Shown here: positions 25,284-39,343 of the stretch, piece by piece
How the letters are laid out: each line of letters begins with the position of its first letter
Position numbering within the stretch: position 1 is the stretch's first letter
NCBI GenBank assembly: GCA_964016885.1
Contig: OZ024755.1
Coordinates: forward strand, 17,670,001-17,734,000
Source: Eledone cirrhosa
Lineage: Eukaryota
DNA length: 64,000 bases
Direction: 5' to 3'
Program-made: the position numbers and the translations under genes
Notes under the pieces: model-generated
What the model saw: the letters and a program-made list of their open reading frames with translations, nothing else
Told to the model about the DNA's origin: nothing
Database searches by the model: none

Positions 25284-27720
25284 AGATAGATAAATAGATA
25301 GGTTTGTGTAGATTGATGTATATGTGTGTGTAGATTGATGTATATGTGTGTATAGATTGATGTATGTGTGTATAGATTGATGTATGTGCGTGTATAGATA
25401 GATGTATATATATATATGTGTATAGATAGATATCTGTGTATAGATAGATGTACATATGTGTGTCTATATATATGTGTGTGTGTAGGTAGATATATGTGTG
25501 TATAGGTAGATATATATGTGTATGTATAGATAGATGTAGATATGTGTATGTATAGATAGATGTAGATATGTGTATGTATAGATAGATGTAGATATATGTA
25601 TGTATAGATATATGTGTATATAGATATATATATATATGTGTGTGTGTAGGTAGATATATGTGTGTGTAGGTAGATAGATATGTGTATGTATAGATAGATG
25701 TAGATATGTGAATGTATAGATAGATATAGATATATGTGTATATAGATATATATATATATATATGTGTGTGGAAAGATAGATATAGATATGTGTATATATA
25801 GATGGATATAGATATATGTGTATATATAGATATATATAGATATGTGTATAGATAGAGAGAGATATATGTGTATATATAGATATATATAGATATATGTGTA
25901 TATATAGATATATATAGATATATGTGTATATATAGATGTACATATGTGTGTGTGTAGGTAGATATGTGTATGTATAGATAGATATAGATATATGTGTATG
26001 TATAGATAGATATAGATATATGTGTATGTATAGATAGATATAGATATATGTGTATATAGATATATATATATATATATGTGTATAGATAGAGATATATGTG
26101 TATATAGATATATATATATATATATGTGTATAGATAGAGATATATGTGTATATAGATATATAGATATATATGTGTATAGATAGAGATATATGTGTATATA
26201 GATATATATATATATATGTGTATAGATAGAGATATATGTGTATATAGATATATATATATATATGTGTGGAAAGATAGATATAGATATGTGTATATATAGA
26301 TGGATATAGATATGTGTATATATAGATGGATATAGATATGTGTATATATAGATGGATATAGATATATGTGTATATATAGATATATATAGATATGTGTGTA
26401 TAGATAGATGTGTATAAATACATGTGTATTTATCGATCGATTTATCTATACACTCAAATAAACATATATATACTTGTACGTGTGAGTGTATGTATGTGTG
26501 TGTGTATGAGTATATGTGAGTGTGTATATGTGTGAATGAGTATATGTGAGTGTGTATATGTGTGAATGAGTATATGTGAGTGTATATATGTGTGTATGAG
26601 TATGTGTGTATGTATATATGTGTGTATGAGTATGTGTGTATGTATATATGTGTGTATGAGTATGTGTGTATGTATATGTGAGTGTATAAATGTGTGTATG
26701 AATATATGAGAGTATATGCGAGTGTATGTATGTGTGTGTGTATGAATATATGGGAGTGTATGTGTGTGTGTATGAATATATGGAAGTGTATGTATGTGTG
26801 AATATATGCAAGTGTGATATTAATCTTATGATTTTCATTCTTATTGTTTTGGGGGTGCTTTCTCTCTCTCACTCTCTCTGTCCCTCTCTCACTCTCTCTG
26901 TCCCTCTGTCCCTCTCTCACTCTCTCTGTCCCTCTCACTCTCTCTGTCCCTCTCACTCTCTCTCACTCTCTCACTCTCTCACTCTCTCTGTCCCTCTCAC
27001 TCTCTCTGTCCCTCTGTCCCTCTCACTCTCTCTGTCCCTCTGTCCCTCTCACTCTCTCTGTCCCTCTCTCCGTCCCTCTCACTCTCTCTGTCCCTCTCAC
27101 TCTCTCTGTTCCTCTCACTCACTCTCTCCCTGTCTCTCTCTTTCTCCCACCCTACACACTCCCTCTCTCTCTCCCACCCTACACACTCCCTCTCACTCTC
27201 CCACCCTACACACTCCCTCTCACTCTCCCACCCTACACACTCCCTCTCACTCTCCCACCCTACACACTCCCTCTCTCTCCCACCCTACACACTCTCTCTC
27301 TCCCACCCTACACACTCTCTCTCTCCCACCCTACACACTCTCTCTCTCTCCCACCCTACACACTCTCTCTCTCTCCCACCCTACACACTCCCTCTCTTTC
27401 TCCCACCCTACACACTCCCTCTCACTCTCCCACCCTACACACTCCCTCTCACTCTCCCACCCTACACACTCCCTCTCTCCCACCCTACACACTCTCTCTC
27501 TCCCACCCTACACACTCTCTCTCTCCCACCCTACACACTCTCTCTCTCTCTCACCCTACACACTCTCTCTCTCTCTCACCCTACACACTCTCTCTCTCTC
27601 TCACCCTACACACTCTCTCTCTCTCTCTCCCACCCTACACACTCTATCTCCCCCTCCCACCGACAACCCCCTCCCACCTACACACTCCCCCTCCCTCCTA
27701 CACACTCCCCCTCCCTACAA
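25284..27720. repeat. Compound satellite block: (GATA/TA/TG) mosaic, then CT-rich CTCACTCTCTCTGTCC and CTCCCACCCTACACACT minisatellites
   Basis: Direct reading; explains ORFs 25202..26956, 26726..27775 and neighbours. Confidence 0.9.
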
Positions 27721-28402
27721 GGATTACACAAGTCAGTCTACCCACAACTGTGAAATGCTATCTGCCATGTTGTAATGCAATGTGTTCAGCTGAGCGGACA
27801 TAATTGAACCAAACAGAGATTCATTTAGTTTTTATTTCTTTATTATATTATTTATTTATTTCATTTTATTATATTATTTATTTATTTCATTTTATTCGTT
27901 CATTTATTTGTTTAGTTGTTTGTTTGTTTGTTGTTATCTAAATATTTATTTGCTTTTACATTTTGTTGAATGTACGAAAAGAAAGGGATGAAGAAAGGGG
28001 GGGAGGAGATGAGAGGATGAGATAGACAGAGAATGATTATATATATATTTAATATATATAAATAAATATATATATAATATATATAAATATTATATATAAA
28101 TAATATATATATAATATATATCTAATTATTATATATATATAATATATATATATAAATATATATAAATATTATATATAAATATTATATATATATAATATAT
28201 ATATATAATATATATATAAATATTATATATAAATAATATATATATAAATATTATATATAAATAATATATATATAAATATTATATATAAATGTTATATATA
28301 TATAATATATATATAAATATTATATATAAATAAAAATATATATATAAATAAATATTATATATAAATAAAAATATTATATATATAAATAAATATTATATAA
28401 AT

Positions 28403-28432
<30 letters not shown>

Positions 28433-28434
<2 letters not shown>

Positions 28435-29302
28435 GGGTGCGGACGATATTTGTTCGCAAGATTACTGTCTAGGAAAAAGTAACACAGTAGTTTGATTTTT
28501 TTAAGATTTATTTATCAAACCTGGGTCAGTTTGTCTTCATGACTTGTTCTTTCGATCTCACTCGATAAACCCGCCATTGGCTTTGATGGCAGCCTCGGAA
28601 CCATCTACAGACCTTTGTAACTGACCCCTAAAGGCACTTGTGATCCTGGCCTTCACATCGTCTTTCGTATTGCAGCTAGATCTGTTGGTGTCTCGTTACA
28701 CTGCGCTCCACACAAAGAAGTCGAGGGTGTTGCAGTTAAGCGAGCTGGGAAGCCAGATGTCAGGTGAAGTGTGGTCGACGAAGTTCTCTGACAGCCAGGC
28801 TTGGGTCTTTCAGATGGTATGGCAGGGCCCTGAGTCTTGCTGCCACACGTATGGCCTACCTGTAGCTACCTGGTCGATCCAGGGCTTTACTACCTCGCTC
28901 AGAATGCGGATGTAGCCATCGGTGTTCAGCTTGAGGCCCTCAGGGAAGAAGTGAGGTGGCATGAAGTCACCTTGACTGCTGACAACACCTAAGACCAATG
29001 TTGTCGCTGGAAACTTTGTCTGCATGACTCTGGGCATGCCTTTGTATGAGACAGTGAGCCACTTGTTGTTCTGGGAGTTGATCTTCTGGTCTTATTTGTC
29101 CTCCCGGCATGGATTCCAAGAAGAACTCCGTGTCTCTTCCACAAATTTGGAGGTTCAAAATTATTCGTAATCAATTATTCTGAAAATAAATAATGGAAAT
29201 ATAGTCACTGTTTTTATGAAGGCAAGAGTGACAACGGAAGTAAAAAAAAATTTGCATAAAATTAGCGGTTGAAAATTGCGAACAAATATCGTCTGCACCC
29301 TG
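28433..29302 (-). mobile_element. Internally deleted Tc1/mariner-superfamily DNA transposon, DD37D (maT/Bmmar1-type)
   Basis: 27-bp TIRs CAGGGTGCGGACGATATTTGTTCGCAA (28433-28459 and 29276-29302, one mismatch), TA on both sides within (TA)n. Minus-strand transposase remnant TKFPATTLVLGVVSSQG...YVWQQDSGPCHT...WLPSSLNCNTLDFFVW...ANGGFIE* has 37 residues between the last two Asp. In-frame stops; N-terminal DNA-binding region absent. Confidence 0.9.
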
Positions 29303-29352
29303 TATAAATATATATATTATATATATATATTGTATATTATATATATATATTG

Positions 29353-29407
<55 letters not shown>

Positions 29408-31791
29408 GAGAGAGAGAGAGAGAGGCAGGAGATATGGCTCAGAAAAGAAAGTTGTGAAAAGAAAAGGAGTGCAATAAAAAGGGGAGAAGGAAAAGATATG
29501 AGAGAGAGAGATAGAAACAGATTAGTAAGGAAGGTGAGAGGAATATGGAAAAGGGTGAGGAAGAGATACTTGTATATATATATATATATATGTGTGTATA
29601 TATATATGTGTATATATATATATGTGTGTGCGTATATATGTATATATATATATATTTGTTTGTGTGTGTGTATATATATGTGTGTATATGTATCATCATC
29701 ATCGCCATCACTGTTTTATGTCAATTTTTCCACGCTAGCATGAGTTAGGACATATGTATGTGTATACACACACACACACACACACACACACAAATATGTG
29801 TGTTCAGAAGAGAAAAAAGCCCAACAGAATAATAAAAGAGTTAAGTCTATCAGATGTAAAAATCTAACTATCAAGAGCTAATATTACATATTCATAAAAT
29901 GTAATTCTGTTGGAAAAAATATCTTTAATATGAAAATAGCAAACAGCCAAATCTTTTTGTGGAGCCAGTGTTATTAATGACTGATATTACTTTTTCATTT
30001 TTCCTTTTTTTTCCTTTATTTTTCATCTTTTTTCCTTTATTTTTCATTTTGTTTCCTTTAGTTTTCATTTTTGTTTCCTTTAGTTTTCATTTTTTTTTCC
30101 TTTAGTTTTCATTTTTTTTTCCTTTAGTTTTCATTTTTTTTTCCTTTAGTTTTCATTTTTTTTTCCTTTAGTTTATATTTTATTTTTCATTTTATTTTTC
30201 ATTTCATTATTTTATTTATTTTTGAAGAGGAGGGAGGTTTATTTCTGCCCCCCCCCCCTTCTTTCTTGTATTTCTTCATTTCACTTATAGAAGAACAAAT
30301 AGCCTCTTTTGTATTGATGCCTTCTTTCCAAAATATTATAATATATAAAGTAAAATGAAGCCTAGCCCATAATTGAAACTGGCTCAAAAACTTGCTTCAC
30401 TCAGCAAAATAACCCCCCCCCCTCCCATGTTATATGGTGCTAACTCTTCTTCATATTTTCTCATTTGATTATATTTAACACTTTTAATACAAAAACTGCC
30501 TGTAAGCATCTTTGTTATCCTCCAAACACCAACCTAATAATGAAAAAGTTAGCTATAGATCCCTCGAAATTCTTGATTATTTTGAAATACACTGCCTACA
30601 CAGAGATATAGTCTGTCCTTCCTTTCTCCTTACCCTTATTTTCATTATTCAAGTCTTTCTTTCCATCTGTTTATTATTTTGAAAATTATAGGCAGTGTTT
30701 TTCATTAGAAATATAGTAACTAATCTGCCTGAAACTTCTCCTGGTTCTATGATACAAAACTGTCTATTTTAAAGTGTTTTTATTTGTCTAAAATCCTTCC
30801 ATCATAATTTTATGTGAGAATCTTAGTTAATTTATGCTCCAAATGCCAGCTTATTAATGGTTTCTGATTTAGACACAAGGCCAACAAATGTTGAGGGAGG
30901 GAAAAGTTGCTTGAAGTGACCCCAATGTATTACTGGTACTTTATTTTATTGACCCCGTACGGATGAAAGGCAAAGCTAACTTTGGTGAGATTTGAACTCA
31001 GAATGTAAAGGACTGCCACTCTATACCACAGAGCATATTGTCAGATGCTCTACCGATATTGGCAAACCACTGCCAGCTTAAGAAGTAGAAGAAAGATATA
31101 TTACTAAATCCTTCCAAATTTGTGATCATTTTGAAAATTATTTGAAAAATCATCAGCAATGTATCATTAGACGTCACCCCCATCATCATAATTCTTTTTG
31201 CGTCTGCTTTTCAATACTTGCGTGGGTTGGACAGGTCTTTTCCAGTACAGTTCTCCCCCACCTACAGTGTTTCTTCATCTCCTCTGCTAGGATCTCTGTT
31301 TTGCGATCAACTCTCACCACTTTTGCCTAAGTCTTCCTTGGCCATCTTCTACTGCAGCTACCTTCCACTAGAAATGTCTGGAGCTTCTTCACTCAACAAT
31401 CATCACCCATATGCATCACATGTTCATACCAGTGCAGTTTCCTCTCTCCTGCACACTACACTTGATTCCTCTTATACCCAACTTTTCTCTCAGCTCATCT
31501 ATAATTGGCTATTCATGCATATTAACATCACACATCCATTATAGCATGCTTGTTTTATTTATCTCTAGCCTCCACAAATCCTCTGCATTTACTACCCGTG
31601 TTTCACTTTCATGCTACATCACACTTCATATGCAGAGTTAAGCAAGAAAATGGATTTAGCACATTTTTCTTATTTTTTAACTTATTTCTCTCTCTATATA
31701 TATATATATATCCCTCTCTCTCTCTATACATATATATATATCCCTCTCTCTCTCTCTTTCTATACATATATATATATCCCTCTCTCGCTCT

Positions 31792-31862
<71 letters not shown>

Positions 31863-32482
31863 TATATATATATATATATATGTCCTTCCCTCCACTTCAC
31901 TCCGTCTCACTCGTTATGTCCTTCCCTCCACTTCACTCTCTCTCACTCGTTATGTCCTTCCCTCCACTTCACTCTCTCTCACTCGTTATGTCCTTCCCTC
32001 CCATCACTCTCTCTCTCTCTTTGCCCCTCCCCATCACACACACACACACACATACACACACACTCTCTCTCTGCCTCTCCCCATTGCTTTCTCTCCCCCC
32101 ATCTCTCTCAGGAGGAGAAAAAGAACAATTACTACAAGTTTCTCAGGAGAAGATTCAATGTTAGCTCTACAAACCAAGTATTTGCTACTTTCCATTTCGA
32201 TTAATAATCTTCTGCCAAGTCATTATCTCACCGTACTTGGCTCTTTTATTGTCTCACTGTTGTAGGATATCTTTCCAGTTTTATCCAAAACTCAATGATG
32301 AGATATAAACATGCAACTTTCTGCTTGAGCTTTTAATACTCACATGGCTTAGTAGTGAGAGAACTGGATTGGCAATTGTGAAGTTGCGAGTTTGATTCCC
32401 AGACCGGGTGAAGCATTATGTCCTTGATTGTTATGGTTAATTTAACACTAATGACATAATGTGAACCACTCACTCACTCTTT

Positions 32483-32900
32483 AGTCATCTTAAGCTCATT
32501 GTCTTTGGTCATCTAATACTTCTTGTCTTTGGTCATCTAATACTTCTTGTCTTTGGTCATCTAATACTCCTTGTCTTTGGTCATCTTAAGCTCCTCGTCT
32601 TTGGTCATCTAATGCTACTTGTCTTTGGTCATCTAATGCTACTTGTCTTTGGTCATCTAATACTTCTTGTCTTTGGTCATCTAATACTCCTTGTCTTTGG
32701 TCATTTAATGCTCCTTGTCTTTGGTCATTTAATGCTCCTTGTCTTTGGTCATCTAATGCTTCTTGTCTTTGGTCATTTAATGCTCCTCGTCTTTGGTCAT
32801 CTAATGCTCCTTGTCTTTGGTCATCTAATGCTCCTTGTCTTTGGTCATCTTAAGCTCCTTGTCTTTGGTCATCTAATACTTATTGTCTTTGGTCATCTAA
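32483..32900. repeat. 24-bp minisatellite CTTTGGTCATCTAATGCTCCTTGT, about 17 copies
   Basis: The unit translates to the repeating LLVFGHLM of ORF 32612..32920. Confidence 0.9.
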
Positions 32901-33562
32901 TTCTCAATTTACTATTTTAGACATCTTATATATATATATATAAGGGTAAGGATAAAGACCCATTCAGTCATAAATAACCATGGTATTTGCACCAAGAAAG
33001 TTCCACCTCCGATGCCATTGATATTGTCCAAGGCAAAGGCCAATACAACTTGGCTATCAGTGACGTCACAACTCATTTCTGGAGCACTTTGAAGTAAAGT
33101 GTCTTGCTGAAGGACACAATGCATCACCTGGTCTGGGAATCGAACTTAGAACTGATTCTGGTTTGATTTCTACAGCTGGATGCCCTTCCTAACACCAACC
33201 TCATTTACGGTGAGTGCTTTTTTGCCGTGGCACCTCCACGACCACTTTGCAGTGGAATGATAGGGACCCCAGTCCCTATCATCTCATTTCCTCAGCTGAG
33301 TAAACTGGAGCAACATGAAATAAAGTGTCTTGCTCAAGGAAACAACACATCACCTGGTCTGAGAATTAAACTCAAAACCTTTCGATTGCAAGGCCAATGC
33401 TCTAACCACTAAGCCATGTGCCTCCATGTGCCTACATATATATATATTGCATATATATACATATATATATATATATATTGCATATATATATATATATACA
33501 TATATATATATCATCATCATCATCATTTCATTTTACGTCCACTTTTCCCTGCTTGCAAGGGT

Positions 33563-33609
<47 letters not shown>

Positions 33610-35427
33610 TATTTGCAGTAAACTATATCCCTACATCATGTTTATTTACAGCTAGATGGACTGTATGGTTGAGAGTTAAGTGTTTTGTCTGTGACATAAT
33701 GTATCACTGAATACACAAACTATAAATATTTTATCAAGTTGACTGGCATTCTAAAGACTTTTCCATTTGAAGTTTTCTCTACAATAGATATAATTGGAAT
33801 TTTTTTATATATATATTTTAATTCTTTCTTTTATTCTTTCTTTTATATTTTTTTCATTTATTTTTATTTATTTTCATTTTTTTTTTTTTTTTTTTGTAAT
33901 ACTAACATGTGTTGGATTTGACAAATTTGTGTATTTGAATTTATCCTTTGTTTTTTTTCTCTCTCTCTGCTTTTGATATTGCTATCACATGACACTTTTT
34001 TCACTTAACATTTATCGGCCATTCACATTGTATGTCCATTACAGTACAGCCATTACTCTCACATACATTAGCTTATTCTTTTAATGTCCAGCTGCATTCT
34101 ATTTGCCTGTGCTGCATTCCCTTTCATGTTAGGGCTGCACATGCAACAGAATATGCATAAGTCATTTCTTTTTAACCTTTACCAATCTTCTGCATTCAAG
34201 TCCTATATTTCCTATCATGCAGCATCAGTATTTTACTTCATACAAATGTCTTTTAGGGGTTGAAGAAGAAAGAGAAAAAAATAAAACAGTAACAGCTTCT
34301 TCTGTCTTCACCTTCACCCATTTCTTTGCTTTCACTATAACCACCCTCAATATCAATTACTTCAGCTGGATTACTGTCTTGCAATAAGGGTGACCTCTAT
34401 ATAGTTGATTGACTTGCTAGAATTAGTAGCTGAATCTCCAGCTTGTATCCTACAATCTTGAAAAAACGTTGGACATATTAGATAATCTAGTGCAGGATGT
34501 ATTTTTTAAATAACAAAGGATGGTGAAATGAGTGAAACTAGCAATCAAGTTTAACCCATCTTGAGAGGGTTGACCACAAATAAAACTGTTTGAGTCAGAA
34601 GTAAAACTAACAGTCAAGTTAAGCCTGTCCTGTGAGGAGTGGCCACCAATAAGATTGTCTAAGTCAGAAGTAAAACTAACAGTCAAGTTAAGCCTGTCCT
34701 GTGAGGAATGACCACCAATAAGACTCTGTCTGTCTGAGTTTGAAGCCATTTACTGTAGACAAGCAGTCAAAATGCACCCCTGCCCAAACACCTCATCATG
34801 TAGTTCCCAGCACTGTATTTTTACCTATGGGCCTAATAATTTATATAAATGGTTTAATGATCCAGTCACCATTGTGCTTCTCGCCCATGATAATCAAAGA
34901 CAGATCATACATCTGAAGGAGTTTCTTTTTTCACTCTCCAACGATAGCTTCTGTGACTTTAAGAGAAAGTACTCCTAGTCCAAGTGGCACCCATAGCACC
35001 TGCCATGCTTGACATTCCACCCTAGTTACATCTCTGGTTGCAAGCAATTGGATTCCAGCCACAGGGTACCTTCCTCTCTCCCTCCCACTATCCCACTAGT
35101 CTCAGAGGCCTTGAAATGTGTCAGGGACACAAAAATTCCCGACCCTACTTAGTAAAGAGTATAAAGAAAAAAAGTTACTCTACTGGTTATAGGTTGAAAC
35201 TTTCATACTATAGCTATTGTGTTGTGCTTTCTTTTTTTAAGGTTTGGCTCAGTTTGCTTGGCTGACCAACATATAACCACTCCCACTTCATAGATAAGTA
35301 GGTTAGCTGTAGGAAGAAGAGTAGAACTGGTTGTAAAAATAATTGGTGCAAATGGCTAAACCAATCGTAGAAACCTACCAAACCATCAGGATTGCATAAC
35401 AAAAATGGAAGATGGAACATCAGTGTC

Positions 35428-38200
35428 ATACACACCCACACACACACACATATACACACACCCACACACATACATATACACACACCCACACACATACATA
35501 TACACACACATACAGACACACATATACCCACACCCATACATATACACACACATACAGACACACATATATACACACACACACATACATACACATATACACA
35601 CGCATACACACACCCACACATACGCATACACACACCCACACAGACACCCACACACATGCATACACATATACACACACATACAGACACACCCACACACACA
35701 TACACATATACACACACACCCACACATATACACACACATAGACAGACAGACACACATGCACATATACACTCACCTACAGATACGCACACACATATACACA
35801 CCCACGCACACACATGCATATATACGCACACATACACATATATCTACATATATACACACACACACACACACGCATACAAATACACGCACACAAACACACA
35901 CAAAAAAAAGAAAATGAAATTCCACATAAACAATACACTCCCAAAATAATTGTGTGTGTATGTGTGTGAGTGCATGTGTGTGTGTGTATATGTGTGTATA
36001 GATATGTGTATGTGAGAGTGTGTGTGTGCATGTATACAGATATGTGTGTAAGTGTATATCTGAGTGAGCGTGTATGTGTGTGTGTATATATAGATGTGTG
36101 TAAGTGTATATCTGAGTGAGTGTGTGTGTGTATATATAGATGTGTGTAAGTGTATATCTGAGTGAGTGTGTGTGTGTGTATATAGATGTGTGTAAGTGTA
36201 TATCTGAGTGAGTGTGTGTGTGTGTGTATATAGATGTGTGTAAGTGTATATCTGAGTGAGTGTGTGTGTGTATATATAGATGTGTGTAAGTGTATATCTG
36301 TGTGAGTGTGTGTGTGTGTATATAGATGTGTGTAAGTGTATATCTGAGTGAGTGTGTGTGTGTATATATAGATGTGTGTAAGTGTATATCTGTGTGAGTG
36401 TGTGTGTGTGTATATAGATGTGTGTAAGTGTATATCTGAGTGAGTGTGTGTGTGTGTATATAGATGTGTGTAAGTGTATATCTGAGTGAATGTGTGTGTG
36501 TGTATATAGATGTGTGTAAGTGTATATCTGAGTGAGTGTGTGTGTGTGTATATATAGATGTGTGTAAGTGTATAGCTGAGTGAGTGTGAATATGTGTGTG
36601 TGTGTGCATATATACAGATATGTGTGTGAGTGTATATAGATGTGTGTAAGTGTATATCTGAGTGAGTGAGTGAGTGAAATTGTGTGTGTGTATATAGATG
36701 TGTGTAAGTGTATAGCTGAGTGAGTGAGTGTGTGTGTGTGTATATAGATGTGTGTAAGTGTATAGCTGAGTGAGTGTGAATGTGTGTGTGTGTGTGAGCG
36801 AGTGTGTGTGTGTGCATATATACAGATATGTGTGTGAGTGTGTGAGTGTATATAGATGTGTGTAAGTGTATAGCTGAGTGAGTGTGAATATGTATGTGTG
36901 TGAGTGAGTGTGTGTGTGTGTGTGCATATATACAGATATGTGTGTGAGTGTGTGAGTGTATATAGATGTATATGTGAGTATGTATGTGTGAGTACATTAT
37001 ATAGCCTCTGGCATGAAAACTACTAAATGTAATCATTATTCTGTGGCTCCTGGCAGAAAGACTAACCAACAAGAATAATCACTGGATTGCTGGAATGGAA
37101 GAAACAATATAAAACTGTAAAAAAACTGTATAGAAACTATATAGAAACTATATAATACTGTATAAAAACTATATAAATAAATATAAAACTGTATAAGAAT
37201 TATATGAAACTATAAAACTGTATAAAAACTGTATAAAATGTATAATCTAAAATAAAGCTAGTCAATATTAACAACTGCAATACAATAAGATAGAGAAAAA
37301 ATTGCATTTGTTTCTTTTAGTGAAGATATTGTTTAAGATTTATTTAAATTCCTCTTATATGTACATATATACACAAGTAAACACATAAGACACAAGCACA
37401 AACACACACATACACACGCGCAGAAACACACACATACACACGTGCACAAACACGCATAAACACACACACACACACACAAGCATGGGCACAAACACACACA
37501 AGCACAAGCACAAACACACACAAGCACAAACACACACACACACAAGCTCAAACACACACACACAAGCACAAACACATACAAACAAGCACACACATACACA
37601 GAAGCACACACATACACACAAGCACATACACATACAAGCACAACCACAAACATACATGCATGCACACACACATACATGCACACACACACAGACACTTATA
37701 CAAATACACACATACATGTACAAATACAGATACACACACACTCACACAAGCACACACACACAAATAGGTACATACATAAACACACCCACATATAAGAACA
37801 CAAGCAGAAACAAACACCCACACACAAACACATACACATAAGTAAACATACGAACACACGCATACAAATATGAACACACACAAGCACACACACACAAACA
37901 GTCACATACACACACTGATCTACTTTACCATGTACTTCGTATAAGGTTTGTTAAACTGAAGAGACACACACAAGCACACACAAGCACACACACACAAGCA
38001 CACGCACACACACAAGCACACACACACACAGACACACACACACAGACACACACGCACACAGACACACACGCACACAGACACACACACACAGACACACACA
38101 AAGTCACATCCACACACACACAAAGTCACATCCACACACTGGTCTACTTTACCATGTACTTCGTATAAGGTTTATGTTAAACTGAAGAGACACACACAAA
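35428..38200. repeat. CA/TG-rich compound microsatellites, including a roughly 45-bp minisatellite at 36040-36960
   Basis: Repeating TATAGATGTGTGTAAGTGTATATCTGAGTGAG(TG)n units and degenerate (CA)n. Confidence 0.85.
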
Positions 38201-38496
38201 CACATCCATGTTGGCAATACTTTAATGTACCACCACCTCCACCACCTCCACCACCTCCACCACAGAGACACACAGGAACTCCTCGCCCAAAGGAATTTTA
38301 ATTAGAAGATGAAAGAAATACAGTTAATAAGTGGTAAATTGTTTACAACACTCCAGTTGCTCTCCTTCAGTTGAAGACTATGTCTGGCAGTGACAAACTG
38401 GAGAAATAGGAAACTTCAACTGCAAACTAACTGTTCTTAATCCTAGTGAAAATTCTTATTGCCCCCCCCCCCCCCCCCCCCCCCCCCCTCCCCTCT

Positions 38497-38528
<32 letters not shown>

Positions 38529-38653
38529 GTTCAGAAATAACTGTCAAAACGGCCAGAGCTCAGCTGTCGGGGTCCTGACTCTTTTCATATACCCATAGTA
38601 TTGAGTACTCTGGTGCATTATGGTCCACCTGGTTCCTTACCACACTTCCTTCG

Positions 38654-38702
<49 letters not shown>

Positions 38703-38709
<7 letters not shown>

Positions 38710-38808
38710 GGAGCTTCTACAGGACTAGTACTGTTTCATTCAGATGAAATCTTCCTGAAGATTTCATCTGAATGAAACAGTACTAGTCCTGTAGAAGCTC
38801 CTTCTATA
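38703..38808. repeat. Perfect 52-bp inverted repeat with a 2-nt spacer (family A cassette)
   Basis: 38703-38754 versus 38757-38808. Related cassettes at about 2632-2765, 6393-6552 and 17958-18109. Confidence 0.9.
38751..38797 (+). ncRNA. Type I hammerhead ribozyme motif inside a perfect palindrome (family A)
   Basis: CTTC-CTGAAGA-TTTC(ATCT)GAAT-GAAA-CAG(TACTAGTC)CTG-TA-GAAG. Stem I CTTC/GAAG, stem III ACAG/CTGT, cleavage triplet GUA. Stem II is short and weak. Confidence 0.65.
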
Positions 38809-38952
38809 AAATAAAAAATGTTTACTCTGCCATGTATTGAGTACCTTACTTACTGTGGTTATCCCCGACTCAACCCGGGACCTACGTATATATATATATA
38901 TATATACACAATGATATTAAATAAATGGAAACTATATTTATAAAACCGTATT

Positions 38953-39014
38953 TATTCTATTATATATATTTCAAGGGTACCAAAAATTTTGGTTCGCTAT
39001 CATCAGATAAAATA
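38953..39014 (-). ncRNA. Type I hammerhead ribozyme motif, same family as 6053-6117
   Basis: Minus strand reads TATTTTAT-CTGATGA-TAGCGAACCAAA(ATT)TTTGGTACCCTT-GAAA-TATATA-TA-ATAGAATA. Flank ATAAATGGAAACTATATTTATAAAACC is shared with the copy at about 6014-6135. Confidence 0.75.
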
Positions 39015-39097
39015 CAAAATGTTTTATAAATATTTGACATGACCAAGGATGATATACCTTCTATATATCTTCTACATATAAATATCTCTTATACATA

Positions 39098-39343
39098 TAT
39101 ATATATCCAAAATTAAAATTAAGGGTTGTCATGTCTGAGAGACATGCGCCATATCCACCGTAGAATAATCTCAAAGATTAGATCCAAGCATTACATATCA
39201 ACAAGAAATAGATTGACATATATATATATATAAAATAAACATATGAAACAATCACAGGGAATAATTTGTAAAGAATGTAAGCACCCATATGGCGCATGTC
39301 TCTCAGACATGACAACCCTTAATTTTAATTTTGGATATATATA
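39098..39343. repeat. 57-bp perfect inverted repeat with a 132-bp spacer
   Basis: TATATATATCCAAAATTAAAATTAAGGGTTGTCATGTCTGAGAGACATGCGCCATAT (39098-39154) and its reverse complement (39287-39343). Confidence 0.85.

Noticed and set aside
32483-32900. Regular short repeats resembling a CRISPR array (also 9215-9890, 52675-53220 and 58487-59005)
   Set aside because: Head-to-tail tandem units with no unique spacers, no cas genes and a eukaryotic intron context.
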